Source of the DNA: an uncultured Acidobacteriota bacterium
Lineage (GTDB): Bacteria > Acidobacteriota > Terriglobia > Acidiferrales > UBA7541
Assembly: GCA_963774805.1 (NCBI GenBank)
Contig: CAVZGK010000001.1
Span: 58,610 to 122,609, forward strand
DNA length: 64,000 nt
Reading direction: 5' to 3'
Shown: positions 28,563 through 38,039 of the stretch, piece by piece
Numbering within the stretch: the first letter of the stretch is position 1
How the letters are laid out: each line of letters opens with the position of its first letter
Notes under the pieces: generated by a model
The model's database searches: none
Told to the model about the DNA's origin: nothing
What the model saw: only the letters and a program-made list of their open reading frames with translations
Program-made: the position numbers and the translations under genes

Positions 28563-28831
28563 TTGGCTGCGGCAGCTTTGGCGCCGATTGGCGCGATCGC
28601 GGCGGGTGTTGCGACTAATTTTTTAATTTTCCGGGCGCGGCGTCGTTTCGGCGGGGTTCCCTCGGCGGCGTCAACCACCATCATGCTGGTGACGAACTTT
28701 TTCATGCCGTGCAGGTCAAAGTCGATGGATGTGCGCTCAGAATTGGATTCGGTGACTACGCCCAGGCCATATTGAAAATGCTTGATGTACGCGCCTTCTA
28801 CGAGAGCTTTCAACGTCCCTCCTCGCTCCAA
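28559..28831 (-). CDS. Hypothetical small protein: Tudor/SH3-like N-domain (DUF3553-like) with a basic Lys/Ala/Pro-rich tail
   Basis: ...YIKHFQYGLGVVTESNSERTSIDFDLHGMKKFV... then PPKRRRARKIKKLVATPAAIAPIGAKAAAAK. The start is uncertain: TTG at 28831, or TTG at 28813 just after GAGGAGGG. Confidence 0.5.
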   Translation of the reverse strand: MERGGTLKALVEGAYIKHFQYGLGVVTESNSERTSIDFDLHGMKKFVTSMMVVDAAEGTPPKRRRARKIKKLVATPAAIAPIGAKAAAAK

Positions 28832-29203
28832 CCGCTACCCTCAACGATTCGCCCGGGCGAACTACCGCGTTCCAGCGATCGACGCCCAAACAAAAATGGC
28901 CCGCAAGATTGAACTTGCAGGCCTCCAGAAAACTAAAGGTTTACAAGAGCAATTCAGCAACCATCATTTTAACACGTTCGAGGTTCGCAGCCTAACGATA
29001 TTGGCGCGGTTTTAGCGACAATCCTCTGCGTTTGGAATGATTTCGGGAGAATCTCGCTCAGCAAAGGAGGCCGGGGAACTGAATTCAAAAGCCGAGCCAA
29101 ATCGCCTTCTGGAAGAGACTTATCACACCGAAAGAAGCCGGACGGATCCTCGGGCCAGCGCAGTCAGGAGAGGCCGCTCCGGTGGTGGAGTCCAACCGAG
29201 CGC

Positions 29204-29434
29204 TTATCCGTTGGCTGGAGAGAAAATCCAGTCGAAAGGAAGGATCCTTAAAAGCCTTGTTTTCGACACTTTGCCGTGCCAGCCGCAGCGCGGATTGTCG
29301 CAGGCCAGTTCCTCTTCGCCGAAGACCTTCATGGCTTCACTCTCCGAGAGTGAGGGCCGGGCGTATTTCCGCTGTAAGTTAATGATATGACCGCCCTTAG
29401 GGCACGCAAACACGATTCTGTACGCTTTGCTCAT
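29204..29434 (-). CDS. Hypothetical small Cys/His protein (possible zinc-ribbon)
   Basis: 76 aa with paired knuckles CPKGGH and CDNPRCGWHG. The RBS is weak. Confidence 0.45.
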   Translation of the reverse strand: MSKAYRIVFACPKGGHIINLQRKYARPSLSESEAMKVFGEEELACDNPRCGWHGKVSKTRLLRILPFDWIFSPANG

Positions 29435-29456
29435 GCCTTATATTAGCATTAAATCG

Positions 29457-29572
29457 TGTTTCTGGCTAGTTCGAGAAGACCCAAATTACCGTTTTCTGGC
29501 AATTTAGGCGCCTTTTCCGGCAGTATTTGGCCCAAAAACGCCCATTTTCGGGCCGTTGGCAACCGGCAATTC
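29457..29572. repeat. Four to five imperfect direct repeats with core TTTTCYGGCA in the promoter region of the small Cys/His gene
   Basis: gTTTCTGGCt at 29458, TTTTCTGGCA at 29492, TTTTCCGGCA at 29513, aTTTTCGGGC at 29544 and aaCCGGCAATT at 29561. The local GC content is lower than in the flanks. Confidence 0.6.
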
Positions 29573-29582
29573 TCCGCCGGTC

Positions 29583-30644
29583 CTAGCGCTTAGCCGGGTA
29601 ATCCTTCTGGAAGCCATTTCGAGTGTTCTTCACGGAGAAGCTGCCATCGGGATGTGCCGTCAGATCGATGGTGTAGACGGTACCCTCGTTCGGTACGCCA
29701 GTCACCAGCGTGCCGCCCGTCCCCTGATTGGCGATGAATTTTTCGGGCACATTGTGTTCCTTGGCATCCGTCGCAAAGTGTAGTTGCCAAAGGTCTTCCA
29801 GACCGGGCGAGGTTTTCAGCGTTTCGAACGTGGGCACTGCGGCGCCCTTGTTCGCGCCGTTGTCCATGACGGCGACGCGCGGGTGCATGGCGTCCACCAG
29901 CATGGGAAGGCTGGAGATATCTTGCCCGTGGTGCGACACGACGTAAACGTCGATGGCTCCGACCAGGTTATTCGGGCAGGCCAGATCATGCTCCTTGTTC
30001 CAGGTGAGGTCGCCGAAATCCGCCAGCCGGAATTTCCCCAGTGCGATGACGATGCCCACGGATTGCTTGTTCTCGCCCGCCAGCAGGGGGTCCGCTACTT
30101 CGTCCTTGGATTTGAATCCGGAGCAGGTTGGGTTGGGCTGCCCTGCGCCGCGCAGCGGTTTAGAGATGGTTTGGGTGGCTGCGGAGACGACTTCGACGTC
30201 CAGCCCGGGAATGGGAAGCTTGTCTCCCGGCTTCGCCACGATGTGCTTGCCTTCGCCGCGGACCTTCAGATAAGCGGCATAAGTTTGAGGGACACCTAGG
30301 GTCTGCTCGCCGATAGGGCCATGGTCGATAAAAGTTCCGACCGGAATCATTCCGGCGAGATCGACGACACCGCCGGCGTGGTCGCCGTGGTAATGGGTCA
30401 GGAGGAGAAAGTCGATCTTGCTTAAGCCGGCGGCCTTGGCGACGCTAACGATGCGGCCTGCGTCCCGAGCCCCGGGCCATCCCGTATCCACCAGCAGTGA
30501 CTGGCCGCTGGGCGAGACGAACAGGGTCGACTGCCCGCCCTCCACGTCGATGAAATACGCGCGCAGCGCCGTCTTGTCCTGCGCATACGTGGTTGCTGAC
30601 GCCAGAACGACCGCAAGTGCAGCGAGGACGACTATTCTCCGCAT
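29583..30644 (-). CDS. Secreted MBL-fold metallo-hydrolase (ComEC/Rec2-related beta-lactamase-fold type)
   Basis: Signal peptide. LLLTHYHGDHAGG metal motif, and a later VVSHHG. Confidence 0.8.
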   Translation of the reverse strand: MRRIVVLAALAVVLASATTYAQDKTALRAYFIDVEGGQSTLFVSPSGQSLLVDTGWPGARDAGRIVSVAKAAGLSKIDFLLLTHYHGDHAGGVVDLAGMIPVGTFIDHGPIGEQTLGVPQTYAAYLKVRGEGKHIVAKPGDKLPIPGLDVEVVSAATQTISKPLRGAGQPNPTCSGFKSKDEVADPLLAGENKQSVGIVIALGKFRLADFGDLTWNKEHDLACPNNLVGAIDVYVVSHHGQDISSLPMLVDAMHPRVAVMDNGANKGAAVPTFETLKTSPGLEDLWQLHFATDAKEHNVPEKFIANQGTGGTLVTGVPNEGTVYTIDLTAHPDGSFSVKNTRNGFQKDYPAKR

Positions 30645-30882
30645 GTTTCCTCCACCCAGAATGGAAATGGCAAACTATCTGACGCTGGCACACGCCGCTG
30701 GAAGCCGGATCTCTAGTCACGGCGATTTCATCGCAATTCGTATCCGTGAGCGACCACCGAGCGCAGTCGGATTAGACGTCCCGCGCGATCGGAAAGTATA
30801 CTGAAAAAAGTCTGAAAATCATCTGGCGTGCCGCTGGATTTTTCTTGTCAGGGAAGCCCTGCAGACAGTACGCTTTTGGTCC

Positions 30883-32241
30883 ATGCCACACAAACGGGCC
30901 ATCTCGCGCATCGCAATTGCGCTGCTTGCAGTCGTCTCCCTGGCGCCAGCAGCTCGCCTCGCGGCTCATGACATACCGAATGACGCCACGGTGCAGATGT
31001 TTTTCAAGCCGGACGGAAATCATTTGAACGTGCTGGTGCGCGTTCCGCTGAAAACCATGCGCGACGTAGAGTTTCCGGAGCACGGCGACGGCTACCTGGA
31101 TTTCGATCGCGTCGATCCCACACTGCGCGAGGCCTCCACGCTGTGGGTTTCCGATTTCATCGATGTGTATGAGGGCGACCATTTGCTGCCCAAGCCGCGC
31201 GTCGTGGAGACGCGTCTCTCGCTGGAATCCGATCCGTCGTTCGCGTCCTACGACCAGGCCCTGGCGCATTTTTCCAGCCCCAGGCTTTCCAACGGCACGG
31301 CGATCTTCTGGAATCAGCTGATGCTGGACGTCAACTTCGAATATCCCATCCAGTCCGATCAGTCGCACTTCTCGATTCATCCGGGACTCGACCGCCTGGC
31401 TGCGCGGGTGGTTATTGCGCTGCGTTTCGTGACACCCGGAGGTTCGGTTCGGGCCTTCGAATTCCTGGGCGATCCGGGACTGGTGCATCTCGATCCGCGC
31501 TGGTTTCAGGCGGCCGGGCAGTTTGTGAAGCTGGGATTTCTGCACATTCTCGATGGGACCGACCACCTGCTGTTCTTATTTTGCCTGGTGATTCCGTTCC
31601 GGCGGTTCCGCGCGCTTATTCCCGTGGTCACCTCGTTTACGATCGCACATTCGATCACGCTGATCGCTTCGGCCTACAATTTAGCGCCGGACGCGCTGTG
31701 GTTCCCGCCGCTGATTGAGACGCTGATCGCCATGTCCATCGTGTACATGGCGCTGGAAAACATCGTGGGCGGAGCCACGGTGCAGCGGCGGTGGATGATT
31801 ACGTTCGCCTTCGGACTGGTTCACGGATTCGGCTTTTCTTTCGCTCTGCGGCAGACCATGCAGTTCGCCGGCTCGCATCTGCTGGCTTCGCTGTTGTCCT
31901 TCAACGTGGGTGTGGAGCTGGGGCAACTGCTGGTGCTGGCACTGCTGATTCCGGCGCTGGACCTGCTGTTCCGGTACGTGGTGGCCGAGCGCATGGGCAC
32001 GATCATTCTATCCGCGATTGTGGCGCATACCGCATGGCACTGGATGACTGACCGCTACGCCGTGCTGCGCCAGTACCAGATTCCGTTCCCGTCCCTGGAG
32101 GCCGCGCCGCTGGCCAAGAGCTTGCGGCTGCTGATGCTGATCGTCATCGCCGCGGGGCTGGTGTGGGTGGTGTTCGGCCTGCTATGGCCGCGAATCAGCG
32201 GCACGGAAGATGAGCCGGCCGTGCGCAGCCGCTCGCTGTAG
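30883..32241 (+). CDS. HupE/UreJ-family membrane protein, long form with an N-terminal extracytoplasmic domain of about 200 aa
   Basis: C-terminal half: HILDGTDHLLFLFCLV...TIAHSITLI...GLVHGFGFSFAL...GVELGQL, with six TM spans. A signal peptide sits at the N-terminus. Confidence 0.75.
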   Translation: MPHKRAISRIAIALLAVVSLAPAARLAAHDIPNDATVQMFFKPDGNHLNVLVRVPLKTMRDVEFPEHGDGYLDFDRVDPTLREASTLWVSDFIDVYEGDHLLPKPRVVETRLSLESDPSFASYDQALAHFSSPRLSNGTAIFWNQLMLDVNFEYPIQSDQSHFSIHPGLDRLAARVVIALRFVTPGGSVRAFEFLGDPGLVHLDPRWFQAAGQFVKLGFLHILDGTDHLLFLFCLVIPFRRFRALIPVVTSFTIAHSITLIASAYNLAPDALWFPPLIETLIAMSIVYMALENIVGGATVQRRWMITFAFGLVHGFGFSFALRQTMQFAGSHLLASLLSFNVGVELGQLLVLALLIPALDLLFRYVVAERMGTIILSAIVAHTAWHWMTDRYAVLRQYQIPFPSLEAAPLAKSLRLLMLIVIAAGLVWVVFGLLWPRISGTEDEPAVRSRSL

Positions 32242-32350
32242 AGCAGATGTGTCTTTGTTGGGGAGCTTGCCTCTAGATCGGTCTTCGCATTTCGCGAGAT
32301 CGAAACAGCAACACAGAACCAACGATGGCAGCATTCGGGCACGGCCCCGC

Positions 32351-32390
32351 TTGACATCTTTGGGAACGCGATTAAACTGAACGTGTTCAG
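32351..32390 (+). promoter_or_regulatory. Candidate sigma-70-type promoter (TTGACA-N16-TAAACT) with an overlapping palindromic operator CTGAAC-GT-GTTCAG
   Basis: -35 at 32351-32356, -10 at 32373-32378 and the palindrome at 32377-32390. It lies about 90 nt upstream of the MFS gene. Confidence 0.4.
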
Positions 32391-32477
32391 AATTAACTGA
32401 ATCGCTCTTGGGAAACGGCGGGCGGAGATGCGACGGCCCAGAAACCCCTCAGCGTTCCGCGACCCCGGGAAGCAGGT

Positions 32478-33837
32478 ATGCCTCGGATGATTGACGTTCG
32501 CGAAGAAATCGCCAACGCTCCGATCGGCGGCTACCATCGGTTTCTGGCGGTGCTTATTGGCCTGGTGGTCTTCTTTGACGGCTACGATACGTTTAATCCC
32601 GCTTACGTCATTCATTACGTGGCGAAGCCCTGGCATCTGGCGCCCAGCCAGGCCGGCCTGCTGGTTTCGAGCGGGCTGATCGGCTTCATGATCGGCGCCC
32701 TGTTGCAGGGGAAATTTTCCGATCGCTACGGCCGGCGCTCGACGCTGCTCGCGGCGCTGTGGATTGTGACGCTTTTCAGTTTCGCAACGGCGGCGTTCGG
32801 GCGTTCGTTCCTCAGTTTCTGCGGATTGCGTTTGCTCACCGGCCTGGGCATGGGGGCACTGTTGCCGCTGGGCGTGACGTACGTCAATGAATATGCGCCG
32901 CGCAGGCTGGCCAACACGTTTTCCATGTGGGGTTGGGCGCTCGGCTGGGCTACGGGCGGTATCGTGGCTGCGGCGATTGGAATTTATCTGACGCCCCTGT
33001 TCGGCTGGCCCGCGCTGTACTACGCGGCGTCGTTGTCGGTGGTGCTGGTACTGGTGTGTCACGCGGCGCTGCCGGAATCCCTGCAATTTTCGGCGATGCG
33101 AGGAGACTGGCGGGGCATCACGGAAATTCTGTGCCGGCTGAATCCCTCGCAATGCGCGCGCTACCGGGCGGCCGAATGGGAATTTCATGTTTCCGGAGCC
33201 GAGCGACCAGCCGGCACATGTCTCGTTGCTGCTGTCGGCCCGCTACCGGAAGACCACGCTGTCGGTCTGGGCTTCTGCCTTTTTTATTTTGTTTGGCATC
33301 TGGGGCCTGTCAGGCTGGGTGCCTACCGCCATGATGCAGCGCGGCGAGGGCTTCGCGACCAGCTTCAGTTTTGGCGCGTTGATCCAGGCGATGGCCTTCA
33401 TCGGGTCGTTGCTGTGCGGCTATCTGGCGGATCGCGGCGGAAAAGATCGCGAAGCGATGGCCGCGTGGTGGCTGGGCGGGGCGGTTTCCGTCGGAATTCT
33501 CGCAGCCGTCAATATTCACGCTTTGAACGTGATCTGCGTGGGCGCGGCCGGCTTCTGCATCCTCGGCGGGCAAAACGTTTTGAATAATTTCACGGCAGCT
33601 TCCTACGACACCGAGGTGCGCGGCACCGCGGTTGGAATGATGCTCGGGGTCGGGCGAGCCGGCGGAATTCTGGGGCCGTTTATTACCGGGCTGCTGCAGC
33701 AATACACGCCGAATACGTCCGGACTCTTTCTGGCGATCGGAGCAGCCTCGCTGATCGGGGGCGCAGCGATTTTATTCGCGAGTCCCAAGCCTTCGCGGGA
33801 ATTCGTGGCAGGCGCGAGCGCGCTGCAAGCGTCGTAA
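32478..33837 (+). pseudogene. MFS aromatic-acid:H+ symporter-type transporter (PcaK/benzoate-transporter-like). The frame is broken near 33150-33200.
   Basis: ORF 32478..33587 is transporter-like up to ...RLNPSQCARYRAAEWEF and then becomes Arg/Gly-rich nonsense. ORF 33187..33837 in another frame supplies TM7-12 (...RYRKTTLSVWASAFFILFGIWGLSGW...). Confidence 0.8.
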
Positions 33838-33866
33838 ACAAATTCGGCAAGCCCAAGGGGAAAAGA

Positions 33867-34628
33867 ATGACGCAGCAGAAGCCAGCCGCACTGGTGACCG
33901 GAGCCGCAACAGGGATTGGCCGGGCCGCGGCCGTGGCGCTGGCAGCGGCGGGCTACGACGTGGCCATCAACTACAGCCGCAGCGAAGACGCGGCGCGCGA
34001 AACCGCGGCGCTGGCACAGGCCAAAGGCGCGAAGACTCTGCTTTTCAAGTGCGACGTGAGCGATGACGCCTGCGTGCGCCAGATGCTGGCCGCCGTGGAG
34101 CAGGAGTTCGGACGGCTCGATGCGCTGGTCAACAATGCCGGCATCACATCGAACGTCAAGCCCGCCGACTTTGAAGCCATGACAGCCGAGGAATGGGATC
34201 GCGTCTTCGGCGTGAACGTGCGGGGGATGTTTCAGGTGACGCGCGCCGCCGCGCCGCTACTGAAAGCCGCGCGCGGCAGCGTCGTGAATACCGCCAGCAT
34301 CGTGGGACTGCGTCCCGGCCCGCAGCCGCTACCGTATGCGGCAAGCAAGGCGGCGGTCGTGAACCTCACGAAGTTGCTGGCGCTGAATCTTGCTCCGGAC
34401 GTGCGCGTGAACGCCGTCGCGCCCGGCTGGATGGAAGGCGACTGGATGCAGCGGATGCTGGGCGATCGCTACGAGGATCTGATGGCCCGCCGCGCCAAGA
34501 GCACGCCGCTGCGCCGCTGTGCGACCGCCGAGGATGTGGCCGAGGTGATCGTCAACCTGATCACCAGCAACCGCTTCGTCAACGGCGAAGTGATCGTGAT
34601 CGATGGCGGATATTCGGCTACGACTTAA
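33867..34628 (+). CDS. SDR-family oxidoreductase (FabG/3-oxoacyl reductase-like)
   Basis: TGAATGIGRA, NNAGI and the Y..SK catalytic motif (YAASKAAV). Confidence 0.9.
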   Translation: MTQQKPAALVTGAATGIGRAAAVALAAAGYDVAINYSRSEDAARETAALAQAKGAKTLLFKCDVSDDACVRQMLAAVEQEFGRLDALVNNAGITSNVKPADFEAMTAEEWDRVFGVNVRGMFQVTRAAAPLLKAARGSVVNTASIVGLRPGPQPLPYAASKAAVVNLTKLLALNLAPDVRVNAVAPGWMEGDWMQRMLGDRYEDLMARRAKSTPLRRCATAEDVAEVIVNLITSNRFVNGEVIVIDGGYSATT

Positions 34629-34737
34629 CAACTGGGTTCGTGTCACAGGTGCCGCGAGCGCGAGGCGTGATGGCTGGCGTTCTGCGGGAGACCGTCGGCC
34701 ACAAAGTTTGCGATAGGGACTGTTGGAGGAGAGCCAG

Positions 34738-36406
34738 GTGCTGGAAGGCGTTGTACCGTTTCCGCCGGAGTTTGCGCGGCGCTACCGCGAGCAGGGCTAT
34801 TGGATCGACCGAACCCTGGCGCAGGAATATCGAATTGCTTTCGGCAAGTACGCAAGCCGGGTCGCGCTGATCGATCGCGATCGCTCCATCACCTACGGCG
34901 AAATCGACCGGCTTTCCGACAATCTGGCGCTGAATCTGTGGCAAGAGGGTTTTCACCCGCTGGATCGGGTAGTGGTGCAACTGCCCAACGTCGCCGAGTT
35001 CGTGATTCTGTATCTGGCGCTGCAGAAAATCGGTGGGATTCCCATCGCGGCGCTCATGCCGCATCGCTTTGCGGAGATCAGCCAGTTTGCCGAACTTTCC
35101 GGCGCCGCCGCATGCGTCGTTCCTGACCAGCAGGGCGATTTCGACTATTGCGCCATGGTCGATCGCATTCGTCTGAAAGTTCCCAGTTTGCGCCAGGGCA
35201 TCGTGCTGGGCGCGCCGCGCCCCGGATTTTTGTCGCTGCCCGAAATGATTGAGAAGCCTGCCAGCCTGCCGAAGTCAGTGCTGTCGGAAATTCGCATCGA
35301 TCCCGATGATCCCGCGATTTTTCAACTTTCGGGCGGCACGACTGGAATTCCGAAACTGATTCCGCGCACGCACAACGATTACGCCTATAACTCGAAACTC
35401 GCTTCCGAAGTTTGCGGCGTCGGCGAGGATGGCGTGCTGCTGGTAATTTTGCCGATCGCGCACAACCTGCCGCTGGCGTGTCCCGGGATTCAGGGATTTC
35501 TGTTTCATGGCGGCCGCGTGGTGCTCAGCACCAGCGCGCGCGCGGAGGATGTTTGCGCTTTGATCGAGAAGCATCGCGTCACGCACATCAAGGTGGTGCC
35601 CGCGCTGCTGATCCGGTTGCTGCACGATCCCGCGGTAAACCGCCACGATCTTTCGTCGCTGAAACTGATTCAAAGCGGCGGCCAATCCATGCTGCCCGAG
35701 GTGCGGCTCCTGGCCAAGAAACTGATTCCCAGCGCGTTTGTGCAGGAAAATTTCGGAATGTCCGAGGGTCTGCTGATGTTTGTGCGGCTCGACGATCCTC
35801 TGGACGTCAGCCAGGAGACGGTGGGCCGGCCCGTTTCTCCCGATGACGAAGTGCGGCTGCTGGATGATGACGACCGCGAAATTCAGGGCGGGGAAATGGG
35901 TGAACTCTGCTGCCGCGGCCCCTACACGCTGCGGGGATATTTCGGCGTCCCGGAATACAACGCGCGCACGTTTACCTCTGACGGATTCTACCGCTCCGGC
36001 GATCTGATGCGGCGGCACCCGTCCGGCAACTACGTGGTGGAGGGGCGAAAAAAAGATCTGATCAACCGAGGCGGCGAAAAAATCAGCGCCGAGGAAATTG
36101 AAAATCTGATTCTTTCGCACTCCGCGGTGAAAAATGTGGCCTGCGTTCCGGTGCCGGACCCGGTGCTGGGCGAGCGCATGTGCGCCTGCGTTGCTGCTGC
36201 GCGAAAATGCCACGCTCAGTTTCGACGAGTTGAAACGTTTCCTGCTGGGCAAGGAAATCGCCAAGTTCAAGCTTCCCGAGCGGCTGGAAATTCTGCAGGA
36301 TTTTCCGCTGTCGCCATTCGGCAAGGTTTCCAAAAAAGCCCTGACCGAAATGTTCGCGAAAAGCTCGGCGGATGGGCATTTGGGCAGGGAAGGCGTGCGG
36401 CTCTAA
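34738..36406 (+). pseudogene. Aryl-acid AMP ligase (EntE/DhbE 2,3-dihydroxybenzoate-AMP ligase-like adenylating enzyme). The frame is broken near 36185-36195.
   Basis: GGAGGAG RBS before the GTG at 34738. FPPEFARRYREQGYW, SGGTTGIPKLIPRTHNDY, YRSGDL and GRKKDLINRGGEKISAEEIE. The C-terminal ...FKLPERLEILQDFPLSPFGKVSKKAL continues in ORF 36134..36406, one frame over. Confidence 0.85.
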
Positions 36407-36435
36407 CGTCCGGAAAGGCCGCATCCTAAAATTCA

Positions 36436-37279
36436 ATGAGAATTATCGACGTTCATTGCTATCCGAACACGCGCGAATGGATCGCCTGCCAGCAGCCGTA
36501 TGTCGATGCGCTGGCCAAATACTGGAACCGCGCCTGGGCGCCGAAATCGGAAGCGGAAGTTGTGCAGGAATTCATCGCCGCCGGAGTCGAAGCAATTTTG
36601 GTGGCTCTCGACCTGGAGACGACGATCGGCACCGCGCCTTGTTCGAACGATTTTGTCTCCGCGATGCAGAAGCGCCACCCCGAACGGATCATTCAATCCT
36701 GGGCGGCTGTCGATCCGTTCAAGGGCGAAGCCGGCGATGCAGGAAGCTCGCCATGCCATTCAGGATCTCGGCATGCTGGGATTTCATTTTCATCCCATCA
36801 TGGGCCACTTCGCGGTAAACGACCGTCGGCTGTACCCGCTGTTCGAACTGATTGACGCCATGAAGGTCCCGGTGATGATCGACGTAGGCACCACCGGCAT
36901 GGGCGCGGGAATGCCCGGCGGCATGGGCGCAAAAATCCGCCACGCGCACCCTTCTGCGATTGACGAACTGGCCGCGGATTTTCCATCGCTCACGATTCTT
37001 GCTGCGCATCCCGGCTGGCCCTGGGTGGATGAAATGACCGCCGTGGCGCTGCACAAGGGGAATGTGTACTGGGAACTCTCCGGCTGGGCTCCGCAGTATT
37101 TTCCGCCGCAATTGAAAAAAGATATTCGCGGGCGCTTGAAGGACAAGATCATTTTCGGCAGCGACTATCCGAGCATTCCCTACGAGCGGCTGCTGCGGGA
37201 ATGGGATGAGCTGGGTTATTCCGACGAGGTGAAAGAGCAGGTCTTCCACGGAAACGCGGAAAGAGTTTTGGGTCTGTAG
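36436..37279 (+). pseudogene. Amidohydrolase-2 family protein (ACMSD / o-hydroxybenzoate-decarboxylase-like). The frame is broken near 36725-36735.
   Basis: MRIIDVHCY... in ORF 36436..36855 continues as ...AMQEARHAIQDLGMLGFHFHP...ILAAHPGWPW...IIFGSDYP...VFHGNAERVLGL in ORF 36500..37279. Confidence 0.8.
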
Positions 37280-37336
37280 CAACTGCGTGTCTCGGCGGCC
37301 GGAGCGATCGAACACCTGCGTTCAAGGAGCAGTCAC

Positions 37337-37870
37337 TTGCCATCTCCCATCCGCCGCGTAGTCACCGGAAAAGATTCCTCGGGCAAGTCGATCGTGTTGA
37401 TTGACGCACCCGCCGCGGCCGTTCTTCACCGTCCAGAAGGCGGCCTCACCATCACCAATCTCTGGCTTACGGATTCTTCTCCCGCCGATCTATCGAAACC
37501 CGAAGACGCCGCCATGCGCAAAGTGGGCATCGCGCCATTTCCGAACGGCACCAACTTCCGCGTTGTGGAATTTGCTCCCGAGAAGGATATCGCGGCGGGC
37601 TATGACGACCGTCTGAAAATGACTCAGGGCATCGGCCTCGCGCCCGAAGGGCCGACGCGCGAACGTCCTCGGCATCCGTCCATGCATCGCACCGGCACCA
37701 TTGACTATGCGCTGATTCTTTCCGGCGAAATCGACATGCTACTCGACGATTCGGAAGTGCACCTGAAGGCGGGCGACGTGCTAGTACAGCGCGGGACGAA
37801 TCACGCGTGGGTCAATCGTGGCGACGCCCCGTGCCTTGTGGCGTTCATTCTGGTGGATGCAAAGGACTGA
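37337..37870 (+). CDS. Cupin-domain protein
   Basis: AAGGAG RBS with a TTG start. ...HRTGTIDYALILSGEIDMLLDD...GDVLVQRGTNHAW. Confidence 0.7.
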   Translation: MPSPIRRVVTGKDSSGKSIVLIDAPAAAVLHRPEGGLTITNLWLTDSSPADLSKPEDAAMRKVGIAPFPNGTNFRVVEFAPEKDIAAGYDDRLKMTQGIGLAPEGPTRERPRHPSMHRTGTIDYALILSGEIDMLLDDSEVHLKAGDVLVQRGTNHAWVNRGDAPCLVAFILVDAKD

Positions 37871-38001
37871 GGGACCCGCCGCTACCGGAAATATTTTCGC
37901 GGCATTTCCTACTGCACGTGCGCGTCAAATACTCCCGTTTCGATGTTTCCTGCTCGCTTGACCTGAACGAAAATGCGGCAAGGTTATTGTAACGCGTGCG
38001 C

Positions 38002-38039
38002 GCGCCCGCCGCCGACCTCGTGAGCTCGGCGGCGGGCGC
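38002..38039. other. Perfect 14-bp GC-rich hairpin without a U-tract
   Basis: GCGCCCGCCGCCGA - 10 nt - TCGGCGGCGGGCGC, located between the cupin gene and the degraded gene at 38180. Confidence 0.8.

Noticed and set aside
28832-29203. 370-bp ORF-free spacer examined for an ncRNA (SRP, 6S, RNase P, tmRNA, tRNA)
   Set aside because: No diagnostic motifs were seen: no GGUUCGAAUCC-type T-loop, no RNase P GAGGAAAGUCC and no SRP GGAA tetraloop context. Only modest hairpins are present, for example at 28896-28922. It would need Infernal/Rfam to settle.
30683-30700. TGGCAC motif upstream of the HupE-family gene as a sigma-54 promoter
   Set aside because: The downstream GC is at GG-N8 rather than GG-N10, and no TTGC is present. 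It fails the spacing rule that the 7389 and 52234 sites satisfy.
30645-30882. Possible cobalamin or Ni/Co riboswitch ahead of the HupE/UreJ gene
   Set aside because: I could not find a B12-box-like GCCACTG or any other conserved riboswitch core. This cannot be excluded without a covariance-model scan.
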